This document shows positions 40,455 through 53,556 of a stretch of 64,000 bases of DNA, in pieces. The position numbers were made by a program, and so were the translations under genes. Within the stretch, counting starts at the first letter, position 1. Each line of letters begins with the position of its first letter. Origin of the DNA: Sphyrna mokarran (taxonomy: Eukaryota). The DNA lies in NCBI GenBank assembly GCA_024679065.1, contig JAGIQG010000004.1:47802001-47866000 (forward strand). The letters are read 5' to 3'. The notes below the pieces were generated by a model. The model made no database searches. It was not told the origin of the DNA and saw only the letters and a program-made list of their open reading frames with translations.

Positions 40455-40860
40455 AAAGTTAAGGAGGAGGGAGGAGAGAGTGGGAGTGAGGGGGAAAATG
40501 GACTGAGGGAGAGCATGGAGTTCAGCGGATGGTGAGAATGAGGAAAGGCTGGGAGTGAGGACTGGGGTGAGGGTGGATTGAGGGTGGAATTTAGAAGAGG
40601 GAAGCAAAGTTAGGGGAGAACAAGGAATAAGTAAAAGGGAAGTGGTAATGAAGGGGAGGTTGGGAATGAGAGGTGAGTAAGGGAGAGGGCAGGAATGAGG
40701 GATGAGCGAAGGGAAAGGTGGGGGTGGATCAGAGTGAGGGGAGAATGAAAGGGTAGTGGGTGAGAGTAGATGGAGGGAGGAGTAGTGATGAAGGTGGGAA
40801 TTAATGGGGAGTGGAAATGTTGGGGGTGAAAGTGGGAGATGGCAGGAGTTGGTGATATGG
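40455..40860 (+). repeat. G/A-rich low-complexity tract
   Basis: About 400 bp of degenerate GGGAGTGAGG / GGAATGAGG units with very few C. Confidence 0.8.
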
Positions 40861-41824
40861 AAAAGCTTTCTTGCTAATCATCATTATGTGCTTTAGTTGT
40901 ACAACGCATCCCTACAATGTTAAAGCAGCCTGAACTACAAACTGGACATCCTTATTAATGGATAAAAGGAAATTATTGTGGATGCTGAAAGCCGAAACAA
41001 AATCAGAAAATACTGGAAAATCTTAGCAGTTCTTATAATATCTATGGGGAAAAAAACAGAGCTAACATTTCAAGTTGGGATGACTCTTTGTCAGAGCCTC
41101 ATTAATACAGCTGATTGTTTACTATAAAAGGGCCACCCTCTTTTTCTGTAACCATAGCAAATCCAGTCTACTCATTAATGATGCTTAAGTGAAGCATCAC
41201 AAAAATAATTCATTCATTTTTCAATATGAAGTTGCAATACTTATCTGCTTTTAATTGCTCATTAAGAAAGCTCAGATATTTAAATCAAATGTTTTTAGTT
41301 GAGTTCCAAGAAAGAATGCTGCTTGCAAGAACAAAGACAGCACGGAAAATATGATGGTTCCAATTTGGCCAAGAACATTTCACATAATAAGAGCTTTTGA
41401 CCTTTGGCTTGGTTGGTTTGATTCAAGAAAAGATTCATTAAATGTGGATGAATTCTCTCACTGAGTTGTACATCAAAAGATCATTTTACAAATAATGACA
41501 AAGAAACAGCCTGCAGAATATGTGTAAACTATATTTAGACTCATCTTACCTTCTCACTATGCATTCAATGAAATTTCACAGATAATACAAAAAGTTATCA
41601 ATAGAAAAGTATTTTGCAGGGAAGTAGCTTATTACTGTTCACACTTGGGCAGTTCATCTAAAGGCCCAACCTTTTTGACAGACCCGACTTTTGGTTGCCT
41701 CTTTTAATCTTCCCTTTTTAGGTCTGGCTTACATTGTTCTTTGTGACAATATATGACATTATGAATACTGTATTCATCTGTTGCCTTCAGATGTGTCCGG
41801 TCAGTGAGTGGTGGTCGAGTAGAG

Positions 41825-42522
41825 TACATATACACACTCGCACGTATACACATACACACAATTGCACCCGCAAACATATGCACACACACACAACATGCAC
41901 ACATGCACGTACACACTTGTGCACGCATGTACATAGATGCATACACACACATGCGCCTTGGAAAAGGTCCAAAGGGGATTCATAAGAATGATCCTTGAAA
42001 TGAAGAGCTTGTTGTTTGAGGAACAGCTGAAGGTTTTGGATCTATACTCATTGGAGTTTGGAAGGATGAGGCAAGATCATACTGAAATTTACAGGATATT
42101 GTGAGGTCTGGATAGAGTGGATATGGAGACTAGTAGGAAAAACTAGAACCAGAGGGCATAACCTTAGGCGAAAGGCACTATCCTTTGAAACAGAGATGAG
42201 AAGAAATTTCTTCAGCCAGAGAGTGGTCAATCTGTGGAACTCTTTGCCGCAGAAGGCTGTGGAGGCCAAGTCATTGAGTGTCTTTAAGACAGAGACAGAT
42301 AGGTTCTTGATTAATAAGGGGATCATGGTTATGGGGAAAAGGCAGGAGATTGGGAATGAGAAAAATATCAGCCATGATTGAATGGCAGAGCAGACTCGAT
42401 GGGCCAAGTGGCCTAAATTTGCTCCTGGATCTTATGATTTTATATACATGCACATACACAACGCAGACACAGACACATAGATACAAATAATGCACACACT
42501 CAGAGATGCACACACACATGCA
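41825..42522. repeat. Degenerate (CA)n microsatellite split by a CR1 3' fragment (+, about 41957-42440)
   Basis: CA-rich tracts at 41825-41955 and 42440-42522 flank ORF 42196..42381 MRRNFFSQRVVNLWNSLP. Confidence 0.85.
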
Positions 42523-42769
42523 TAAGATACTGGAGACAATGCAAACAGTCATCTCCCTGATTGTCAACAATCAGTACATTGACAAATAGGGAAAAAAGGG
42601 TTCCTTACCCTTGAAAAGTAGCAAATGTAGGGTATTGCATGGGATATACAAGATAGGATTTGAAATAGAAAAAGTGTAGTCACAAAACCAATTCATGCTA
42701 TAGATAAGACAGTAGAACAACATAGTGTTAAACTTAGTAAAAAGATACTTTGTACTGAAGCCACATTAC

Positions 42770-43340
42770 AGGATTGCTGGTTTCCCTATATTTCAGGATT
42801 CCTTTGACTATACGAGCAATGCTTTGTGGGCATCACAATTCTGAAATGTACTGGAACTGGCTGACCTATGATCAGATGCAGTGAATCATATAGGTCAATG
42901 CCTGGTCACCTGGCAACAGTCATGACAGCTTAATTCTGTGGCAGTCCACACTGACAACTGAGTTAAGCCACAATGATTACCCAAAGAGTGACAAGGACTA
43001 TCTGCTGGCAACTTTCTCATGCAACTCACACACAGGTGGGCAGCATACTTACAATGAGAATTGTGCTATCACACAGAATATGATAGAGCAGACCACTGGT
43101 GAGCACAAACAATACTTTGCACTGCTTGGACCACTCTGGGGAAGCTCTGTGGAGGCCGGCTGAGTGGGTGCATAATTCATGGTGGTCTGCTGCATGTGGC
43201 ATAACCTGGGCATCATGATAGGACAAGCGCTCAGCATCAGATAAACGGTGCTTGGCTGAGGAGCAGAGAGAGCACAGAAAAAGGAAGAGGAAGTGAGAAG
43301 GCAATGTAGAAAGCACCTTTTTGCCTGGATCTTGCACTCG
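42770..43340 (+). pseudogene. Harbinger/PIF DDE transposase (HARBI1-like) fossil
   Basis: Manual translation across frameshifts: IAGFPIFQDSFDYTSNAL, VNAWSPGNSHDSLILWQS, DKDYL, YNENCAITQNMIEQTTG, CLDHSGEAL, VVCCMWHNLGI, then an acidic tail. Confidence 0.85.
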
Positions 43341-43437
43341 AGTTTGACACCATAACTGCAACTCCACTTGACAATTTGGCAATGGTTCCACATCGTACCT
43401 TCCCTCTGTGATTGACCAGTACCATTCAGAGTGTCAA

Positions 43438-45772
43438 CACAAAAAGGAACATAGAACAATACAGCACAAACAGGCCCTTCGGCCCACGAGTTGCGCCGAT
43501 CACATCTACCAATCCACAGAGCTATCTATAACCCCCTATCCTATTCGTTTCCATATACTCATCCAGAAATCTCTTAAAAGATCCCAGTGAGTTTGCCTCA
43601 ACAACCTCCGACGGCAGTTGGTTCCATTCACTCACCACCCTCTGAGTGAAAAACCTACCCCTAACATCTCCTTTGTATTTGCTTCCCTGCACCTTAAATC
43701 TGTGTCCTCTCGTAGTAACCATTTCAGCTCGGGGAAATAGTCTCTGAGAGTCCACCCTATCTATCCCTCTCACCATTTTATAAACCTCTATCAGGTCGCC
43801 TCTCAACCTATGTCTCTCCAGTGAGAAGAGTCCCAGCTCCCTCAACCTATCTTCATAAGGCCTGCCTCCCAATCCAGGCAGCATCCTTGTAAATCTCCTC
43901 TGAACTCTCTCAATAGCCTCTACATCCTTCCTATAATGAGGCGACCAGAACTGCGCACAATACTCCAACTGGGGTCTGACAAGAGTCTTATAGAGCTGCA
44001 TCATTACCTCCTGACTCCTAAACTCTATTCCTCGATTAATGAAGGCCAGTACACCGTACGCCTTCTTGACCACTTCCTCCACCTGCGAGGCCAATTTAAG
44101 AGTCCTATGGACCCGGACCCCGAGATCCTTCTGCTCTACAACACAGCTAAGACTCCTACCCCTTATATTGTACTCCTTCATCCCATTATTCCTGGACCAC
44201 TACACATTTATCTGCGTTGAAGTCCATCTGCCACTTCTCCGCCCAGTCTTGCATCCTGTCTATGTCCCGCTGCAACTTTTGGCATCCCTCCAGACCATCC
44301 ACAACACCACCAATCTTTGTATCGTCGGCGAACTTGCTAACCCATCCCTCCACTTCTTCATCCAGGTCATTTATGAAAATGACAAACAGCAGGGGTCCCA
44401 GAACAGATCCCTGGGGCACTCCACTGGTTACCGACCTCCATGCAGAACAAGACCCATCCACAACCACTCTCTGCCTTCTGCTGGCAAGCCAGTTCTGGAT
44501 CCACGAGACCAAAGCCCCTTGGATCCCATGCCCTCTCACCTTCTCCAGAAGCCTTGCATGGGGGACCTTATCAAACGCCTTACTAAAGTCCATGTACACT
44601 ACATCCACGCCCTTCCTTCGTCAATGTGTTCAGTCACATTTTCGAAGAACTCAACTAGGCTCGTAAGGTATGACCTGCCCTTGACAAAACCATGCTGACT
44701 ATTTCTAATCAGTCCAAACTTCTCCAAATGTTCATATATCTTATCCCTCAGAAGCCTCTCCATCAGCTTACCAACCACTGAAGTCAAACTCACCAGTCGG
44801 TAATTTCCTGGACTATCCCTGTTCCCTTTCTTAAAGATAGGAACCACATCCGCAATCCTCCAATCCTCCGGAACCTCTCCTGTTTCCACGGACGACGCAA
44901 AGATCATCGCCAGGAGCTCTGCAACCACTTCCCTCACCTCCCACAATAACCTGGGGTACATCCCATCCAGTCCCGGCGACTTGTCTGTCTCGATAGAATT
45001 TAACAGGTCTAACACACCCTCTTTCCTAACATCCACATACTCAATCTCTTCTGTATGCCATAAATCTGCAGTGCAATCTCCCAGTTCACTTTCCACTGTG
45101 AATACCGAGACAAAGTACTCGTGAAGCACCTCTGCCATTTCTTCCGGATTCACACAGACTTTTCCCCCTTCACATTTTATAGGCTTCTCTTCTCATCCTT
45201 TTACTTTTCACATATTGGTAGAAGGCCTTGGGATTCTCCTTAATCTTACCTGCCAAGGCCTTCTCGTGACCCCTTCTGGCTCTCCTAATTTCTTTTTTAA
45301 GTTCCCTTCTACACACCTTATACTCCTCTAGATCCCTAACATCCCCTAGCTCTCTGAACCTTCTATATATCTTTTTTTTTCTTCCTAACTAGGTTTACCA
45401 CTACCTTCGTGCACCACGGTTCTCGCGTCCTACCAGAACCTCCTTGACTCCTCGGAAAGTTGTCTTGCAGTGCCCCAGACAAACATTCCTTGAATATCCG
45501 CCACTTTCCTTCTGTACTCTTCCCCAAGAACACCTCCTTCCAGTTTATGCGTCAAATTACCTGCCTAATGTTTTCATATTTCCCCTTACTCCAGACATAC
45601 ACCTTCCTAGCCTGCCTGATCCTATCTCTTTCCATCGCTATCGTGAAAGAGATAGAATTATGATCTCCATTCCCAAGATGCTCACCTACCGTGAGATCCG
45701 ACACCTGTCCTGGCTCGTTAGCTAGCACCAGGTCAAGTACAGCCTCTCCTCTCGTAGGCTTTTCCACGTACT
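43438..45772 (-). mobile_element. Young 5'-truncated CR1/HER1 LINE (about 2.3 kb)
   Basis: Long, nearly clean ORFs 43522..44181, 44186..44608, 44599..45153, 45552..45779; intact 3' tail; candidate TSD GTGTCAA (43431-43437 / 45773-45779). Confidence 0.95.
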
Positions 45773-45867
45773 GTGTCAATCAAAGGAAATCAATATATGT
45801 AAACTCCCCAAAGATCAAGCTTCTGCTGCTGCACCCAAGCTGCTGCTTGCATTGTAAAGGAAGCTGG

Positions 45868-46077
45868 AACATAGAAAATGCTGGAGAAACTCAGCTAGTC
45901 CAACAGCATCTGCAGAGAGAGAACATAGCCAGTGTTCTGAGTCTGGATGACCCTTCGTCATACTCAAAATGTTGGTTCTATTTTCTCTCCCCAGATACTG
46001 TCAGATCTGTTGAGTTTCTCCAACATTTTCTTTCTTTTGTTTCAAATTCCAGCATCTGCAGCATTTTGCCTTTATTA
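45868..46077. mobile_element. PLE family-1 fold-back repeat
   Basis: agaaaatgctggagaaactcagc...gttgagtttctccaacattttct arms are inverted; minus strand reads TGACGAAGGGTCATCCAGACTC. Confidence 0.75.
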
Positions 46078-46454
46078 CAGATGCTGCATTACATTTATTT
46101 CCACCACAAGTGCACGAGAGGAAGTCATCACATCTGTGCTGGAGGCAATGGATACCAGCTCCAGAGCCCTGTGCAAAGCTGGAGTCAAATTCCTCTGTGT
46201 TCTTTGAAACAGATGGTGGGCAATAAGCTTTTTGCTATACATAGTGTTCTCCTGCAAGCAGCCCATCAAAATCTTGTATCTGTAAGTTGTGAGATTCGAG
46301 TGTGAGAGCTATAGCAGTGTTAAGTGTGCTGTGAATGTCAGGAATGAATTCTGACTGATTAAGGTTGTTGGTGGGTGAGTGAGGCAGGGGTATAGTGAGG
46401 TTAGGGCTGCTGTTACTGCTGGATGTAGGACGTTATTTGATGCATTTACTAACA

Positions 46455-46677
46455 TTGACAACTTGTGAGGCTATTAGATTTCTTGCCACAATGCACCCAG
46501 ATTTGAGACTTGATTTCTGACATTGACCTCCTTGGTTGATTGTTCCTGCTGCCTTTTGACTGCATACGAAGAGGGTCTTCTGGACTTCTATGGATACAGA
46601 ATATTTCTGCTACCTCCCACCTCCTCCACTAAGACATCCAGTGTAATGTCCGCAAACCTGAGGGCTGGTACTCGCAT
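46455..46677 (-). pseudogene. Harbinger Myb/SANT-like DNA-binding protein fossil
   Basis: MRVPALRFADITLDVLVEEVGGSRNILYP*KSRRPSSYAVKRQQEQSTKEVN..., then a frameshift to WVHCGKKSNSL; resembles the Harbinger MSANTD4-like domain. Confidence 0.75.
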
Positions 46678-47961
46678 GTGCGTTCACTTCCTACGTGACT
46701 GCCTGTGCCAGCATCAATACAGCTACATTTTAAGAGATGCAGACAGCTTTAAGCAGTGCAGGGCAGATCTTACTGTTGCCTCCTGCTATGGTGCATAGCT
46801 AATTAACTGCATGGTTGACAATGGCTGCTTGCAGCAATCATTCTAATGAGTAGGCAGTACAAGGTTGGCATGCTGCCTACATTATAATCAAAGGGCCTGG
46901 GTTAATCGCACATCACGATTCCCACACCCATTTCCAGGGAAATCCAACTTAGCTCCCGGAGATTGTCAAACACTTGTCTTGTCCATATGTTTATAACTGC
47001 CAGAAAATTGCATTCATTAATGGAATTCTGAAGTATGATATGAGTGAGTTAGCAATAAGACAGTTTGCTGTGTGCCAGATAATCGGAGATCCTGTAGGCA
47101 GCTCCATTGAATTGTGAACCAACCAGATGTGACATACAATTCTTGTCCACATGAATACAGATTAATCACATGATGAAATCGGTCAGTCTCGCACACTATT
47201 GCTTCTGTTCATTTTGTTCAGGAAAAGAGGAACATTTCACTTAAAGTTACCTTCTGATATTGCTTTAAGGCCTTTAACTCTTTACACTGACTCTTTGCTA
47301 GACTAAGTGGCTGAATGGCCTGCCTTTGCTCCTAATTTCTATGACTAAAGTTAGCAGTCTTTCATTAACACAAACACCACTTAGCATATCCTTCACTTCA
47401 GCATGGTTAAGAGAGTAACAAGTGACAGGTTGAATGCACTGAATTCTGGCATGTCTGTCAAACACTGGTAACCTTTATTAGCTATATTCAGGATCAGCTG
47501 GATTTCATTTCGATTACTGCTGTTCGGTATTCTTTCTGTTTACGTTACTGATCAAACTGTTGATCATTTTTCCCATCTTCTGTGTTTACTCTGGGTTTTG
47601 TTTAATCTCCTTCTTGGTTATTTCAATTGTGGAATAGTTGTTCCATTTTTACCCAATATCAATTCCCACATGAAATCAGTGTTAGCTATTAATGTGAAGG
47701 ATATTCCTTTCACAGTCTTAACGCACAGCACAAAATCAAATTGGGAAAAACATACATTCATCACACCTCTACTGGGAAGTTTAGATTTCAGGTCACTCTA
47801 TATAAATTAAATACTGGCACAGATTTTATGGGGAGAATGATGAAATTGTCAGTATTTGCCATCATTCCTGCTGTAAAATGTTGGATATAGTGCAGTAGGT
47901 CTTAAGGTATTTAAGTCTTAGGCAGAACAACTGTAATTACTTATTAACTGCTAGAAACTAT

Positions 47962-48708
47962 GGGCTGATTCTCCCGTCCCAATGTGCATGTTTTTTGGCT
48001 GTTTCGTGGGATTCACGCATGTGTTCTGACGCATGCTGTCTCACACAGCCGGAGAACAGCTGCAGTTCGGACCGTACTGGAAACTGGCGGAAAGAAATGG
48101 TAAATCAATTACATTTATTTTTAATGTATTTTAAATGTGATTTTCATGCCCGGCACAGAATTCTCTGGGCCCAATAGCATCTCCCATTCCGCCAGGAATA
48201 TTTCACTCTAGTGAGGTTTAGAGTAGCTCCCCACTTGAGGGGAACTAGTGGAAAACCCTGCTTGGAGTGAAGGGGGGAAATCAAAGCCCCCCCTAGGGAT
48301 CAGGCAGTGCGGGATGGTCACCTGGGCATGGGCACCCCAGCAGGTGCCAGCCTGTGATCCTGGTACTTCTCTAGGGGCAAAGTGTCCATGCCCAAGGGCC
48401 TTGGTACTGCCCACCAGGCATGAAGCAGTGCCAAGGGGGTGGGGCCTGGGGGAAAGTTGGCAGGACCAAACCTGCTGACTAGCAAAGTGCAGTCTAAGCT
48501 TGGGGGCCACTGTGCATGCGCAGAGTTCCAGAACGGTCAGATTCTCAGGTTCCACCCCTGAGCTTTTAATGAGATTCACAATTTTGACCTCTGCATTGCA
48601 CAGAGTTTGGGAAATTCGAGTCTGAATTCCCACTGAGAAAACAATTATGATTTACACCATTTTTCTCACCCATTCAGCATTTACAATTTTTTGTGGAGAA
48701 TCGGGCCC
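47962..48708. mobile_element. Harbinger-type MITE, family H1
   Basis: TIRs GGGCTGATTCTCC / GGAGAATCGGGCCC, 3-bp TSD TAT; GC-rich core. Confidence 0.75.
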
Positions 48709-48715
48709 TATGTCA

Positions 48716-50160
48716 ATAGAAACATAGAAAATAGGAGCAGCCATAGGCCATGCGGTCCTTCAAGCCTGTTTCATTGATCATGCCTAATCCTCTCAATGCC
48801 ATACTCCCACATTTTACCTATACTCCTTGACACCTTTAGAACTTAGAAATCTATTTTCCTCTTAAATATATTCAGTGATTCGGCCTCCACAGTCTTCTGT
48901 GGTAGAGAATTCCATGGTTTACCACCCTCTGAGTGAAGAAGTTTCTCCTCATTTCCATCTTATTGCGTATCCTGAGACTGTGACTCCCTAATTTGTCCAT
49001 GTATTCAGTCTGTCCAGCCTGTCAGAATCTTATATCTTTCAATTCGATCCCTCTCATTCTTCTAAATTCCAGTCTGAGACTCCGGCTGTTCACATTATAT
49101 ATTAATGATTTGGAAGCAGGAACTGAATGTATTATCTCCAAATTTGGATGGGGGGGGCGAGCTGTAAGGAGGATGCAGACTTACTTCAGTGTTATTTGGA
49201 CAGGTTAAGTATGTGGGCATTTGCATGGCAGATACAGTAAAATGTGGATAAATGTGAGGTTATCCACTTTGGCAGCAATTATAGGAAGACAGATTATTAC
49301 CTGAACATGTGTAAATTGAGAGAGTTGGAGACTCAATGAGATCTTGAAGTCCTCATGCACCAGTTGCTGAATGTAAGGGCACATGTACAGCAGGCAGTAA
49401 AGAAGACAAATGGCATATTGGTCTTCATAACAAGAGGATTTAAATGTAGTTTAAGGATGTTTTGCTGCAATTGATGAGGCCACATCTGGAGTACTGTCTG
49501 CAGTTTTGGTGTCCTTATCTGAGGAAGGGTGTCCTTGCTACACAGGGAGTACAGCGAAGGTTTTCCAGGCTGATTTCTGAGATGATATGTCTGTCATATG
49601 AGGAGAGACTAAGTCGGTTAGGATTATACTCTTTGGAGTTTAGAGGAGTGAGAAGGGATCTCACAGAAACTCATAAAATTCTAATAGGGTTAATTAGACA
49701 GGATAGATTCAGAAAGAATATTCCCAGTTGTGGGGGAGTCCAAAATTAAGAGTCATAGTTTGAGGATAAGGAGTAAACCTCTCAGAACTGAAATGAGGAG
49801 AAATTTCTTCACCCAGAGAGTGGTGAATATGTGGAATTCACTACTATAGAATGTAGTTGAGACCAAAATGTTTGATTTCAAGAAGAAATTAGATATAGCT
49901 TGAGAGACCAAAAGGATCAAGGTATATGAAGGAAGGAGAGATCAGGATGTTGGATTTGATGGTCAGCCATGATCAAAATGAATAGCAGAGCACTCTTGAA
50001 AGGCTGAATGGCCTACATCTGCTTCTAACTTCTGTGTTTCTATGTTTAATCCTGCCATCACAGGTAACAGTCTGATGAAGTTTTGTTGCACTCCCCATAT
50101 AGTTGGTTTACCCTTTCTTAGATAGATAGGCCAAAACTGCACACAATACTCCAAGTATAG
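48716..50160. mobile_element. Minus-strand CR1 3' region (48716-49070, 50046-50160) with a nested plus-strand CR1 (about 49071-50045)
   Basis: ORFs 49462..49749 (+) and 49963..50154 (-) both carry EYC.QFW.PYLRK; CR1-type tails at 48716 and 50045. Confidence 0.8.
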
Positions 50161-52792
50161 TAATGGCCCAAGCTAGGAGCTATCTCCACGTTTACTTCGA
50201 TACATGGCGATGTTCAATTCAACACAATGTGTGCTTTTACATGATTGTGTGGGCAGTACTGTACTTAGTTCCATGTTAACTCTTTATACACTAGACCATT
50301 ATGCTCCAATTACTCCACTGAAACTGGCAGTAATTTCAGGAGTCTGTGCATATACAGAATAACGTGCAAATACAGAAATTGCTGTCAGTAATTTCAGACT
50401 TCTCCAGATAGGGTATTGTTGAAAAGCACTCCTATCCCACCTCCCAGACTGAAATTAATGGAAATGAATTGAATCGATGAGAAGATCCATTGTCTCACCA
50501 TTTAAACCATTGAAACAGTTACGTTTCATTGAATGGAGTATTAACCGCATAATTACTCCTGAACATCCTCCAAGGTCTGCAAAGCTAATGAAATATTTGT
50601 GGAATGTCAAATTCCTTTATCACAAGAACAAAATGTAAATTTAAAGAAATTATTTTAAAAGTTGTTTAAATAGATATTCTAGCTTCTATCTTAGCCCAAT
50701 CATAAAATTTTCTCTCCAAAAACCTAAAACAAAAAGCGAATGGTAAAATGTTTTTACATCTTGGGATTGCTATCTGTGTGAATACATTAATGTGACTGGT
50801 TTATTTTCCTTGCTGACATCACTGTTGCTGCACTACTGGTGATCTCTTCTAATTGGTGGCAGATTTAAGCCATCACTGGGGAAAGGGGAAAACTGCGCCA
50901 TAGAAATCGTTAAATTCCGTGAGGTCAGCAGTGAACACTTTTGCTTTATCATTAATTGGAAGATCAGTTTTCCATATCTCTCTGCCCACAGGAAGCTATA
51001 GTTACCTTGGAGTCCCATTACAATCCATTTGACTGAATCCCATCTTTAAACACTTATGATAAAACACGCTGATGTGATGTCAAGTTGGGGAGGTTTGAAT
51101 ATTTAGTGAGGGGGGAAATCATGTGGCAGGATGGCCCGTTAATAATATCAAATGTAGTCAAATGTATTTAAATGAAGTTCCTGCCTTTTGTGGACAAAAA
51201 CCTCATTATGTCATCAGCAAGGGGCCAGGAATATCAGGAAATGAGATCTTGACGAGAATCTTGTTTCCTGACTTTGTGCCCACATTGCTGTTTATACTTG
51301 CATCAGATATGGGCATAAAATCACCTGAATGGGATTGATTGATATGTGTGGTATGTTGCGCTAAAGGACCTGTTGAAGGTATTAGAGGGCAAGCAGATTC
51401 AGAATGGGTTAGCACTGTGTAGAGATTACTGCTGCCTAGTCGTATGAGTGAAGTTGGCACGCATTTAATTTCTAGAGCAGCTATATCCTTATCTGATAAG
51501 AAATAGAAATTGCATCGCTATATTATCTCAGCTTCCAGTCGCACTAATGGAGCATCAATCACACAAGTTCAGTCACTGCTGAAAGTACAGTCACTGCTAA
51601 ATGTGAATTCAGCAGTAAAGTGTCACTTCAGAATGCATTAGCAAATCTGAAAAAGGGAGCTGCATTTGCTCTAGATATTTCAAGAGGATTAGACATACTT
51701 AAAACAGAAAGAATTCAAAATTCCAGCTAAGTTACAGACACAAATATCTTATGTACAGAACAAAACAGCAATACGAAAGATACATTTCTGCAATTAGCTC
51801 ACACATTTCTTCTTGAGGTTTGTATACTTATAATAAAAAAATTCATCATTGGCAAGATTAGCATTTATTCTCCATCCCTAGTTGCCCTGAGAAAGTTTGT
51901 CTCCCTTTATGAAGCACTGCAATTGTTCAATAAAACTGGCCACATCACTATGAACTATGTCAGTGTGGGACTTGAGTCTTATATAGGCTAGATCTGATCA
52001 GCCTGATCACATTTTCATCCCTTCTCAACTCCACACCAACCCACCTTTTGCAAATCTTTATTGAGCAGAGGCTTGGTAAGATGGAGCCGGAGTGGTGAGG
52101 GTGAGAGAACTAGCAATTGAAAAACTATTGATGAGCCTTTATGGTTTTAAAGCTGCAAACTTAAAACACTGCAGACATTTGATGTGGTTTGAAGCACTCC
52201 TAAAATTCATCAGGTACATTGGAATGCAAAGGACTGGAAAAAATGATGTTCATCTCTCTGGCCAGCCCAGAATTTCAAAAATAGTTAAAGGTATTTGCAT
52301 CATTATCCATTTGACTAACTGCTCGTGTCTCTTGAACACCCCCTAATTATTGCAAAATGCAAAGGTTTCTGGGCATGAAGTAATTTTCCACATGGTCTAC
52401 AGTTTGAATTTCTATCTGGATCGTGTGCACTCGAGCTAAACTGCTAATGTTCCAGACTAGGTCATGCAGTTAACACTGGGTAGAAATTGTGAGCTTCTAC
52501 GTATTGGAGGCAGCTATTCCTGGGAAAATAACAGTTCCTGCGGAACAGGAACTCCAACGTTAAAGATGGGGCTCCATGTCTGCCTCTCTCTTCACAATTT
52601 CCTTTCTCTGAACAAATACACGAAAAGAAGCAACTGTTAACTGTAAACCGATAAATTACTGCTTCAATTATTAGATCTCTGACGGAAGGAAATTCCTTTT
52701 CTTCCTGGTCATTTTTAGCCCACACCCATTGAAACTGAAGATAATCCTTTGCATCCCCTCCCAACTGCAGCAGCAAAGCTGTTCCAGAGATC

Positions 52793-53028
52793 CAGTAAGA
52801 AGTCTCACAACACCAGGTTAAAGTCCAACAAGTCTATTTGGTAGGAAAGTCACTAGCTTTCGGAGCACTCACTGCTACTTTGTCAGCTGAATCACCTGAC
52901 GAAGGAGCAGCGAGCGCTCCAAAAGCTAGTGGCTTTTGCTACCAAATAGACCTGTTGGACTTTAATCTGGTGTTGTGAGACTTCTTTCTGTGTTTACCCC
53001 AGTCCAATGCCGGCATCTCCACATCATG
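52793..53028. mobile_element. Miniature palindromic PLE family-2 element
   Basis: About 95-bp inverted arms (52793-52888 / 52891-52990) plus a one-sided tail TGTTTACCCCAGTCCAATGCCGGCATCTCCACATCATG. Confidence 0.88.
52892..52932 (+). ncRNA. Minimal type-I hammerhead ribozyme motif (one core substitution)
   Basis: TCAC-CTGACGA-A-GGAGC(loop)GCTCC-AAAA-GC-TA-GTGG; helices I and II pair; GAAA reads AAAA. The opposite arm keeps GAAA but has CTGACAA. Confidence 0.65.
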
Positions 53029-53331
53029 ATAGACATGCAGCCCAGAATTTACCACCTTTTATGCCAGCGAGATTTTCCCATCCCGCTGCAGGGAATGGAG
53101 ATTTGGCTGGCCACCAAATTCTAAAACCTCGCTGCAGCGGGAATGTAGCATGAACAGCCGGTAAGAACATGCCTTCAGTGTCACGTTTACAATGAAACCT
53201 ATTATATCCTAAACTCCAGCTATTGAGACTACCTAGATACTTCCTTGCTACATGTGGGGCAATCATGGGTTTGCATTAACATTACACAGTCACAGAACAC
53301 TTATGCTCAAGGGTATGACAGACTGCCCCTA

Positions 53332-53556
<225 letters not shown>

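Noticed and set aside
41704-41998. Cys/Val- and His/Thr-rich ORFs on both strands
   Set aside because: They are translations of a (CA)n microsatellite.
44039-44698. Long plus-strand ORFs over CR1
   Set aside because: These are antisense shadows of the CR1 RT frame.
45691-46305. 204-aa plus-strand ORF
   Set aside because: It spans antisense CR1, a PLE fold-back and Harbinger sequence, so it is a chimeric chance frame.
52793-52990. Pre-miRNA or TIR DNA-transposon interpretation of the hairpin
   Set aside because: The one-sided tail, variable-length TSDs in sibling copies and shared termini with a GIY-YIG-bearing element point to a PLE origin; small-RNA production was not tested.
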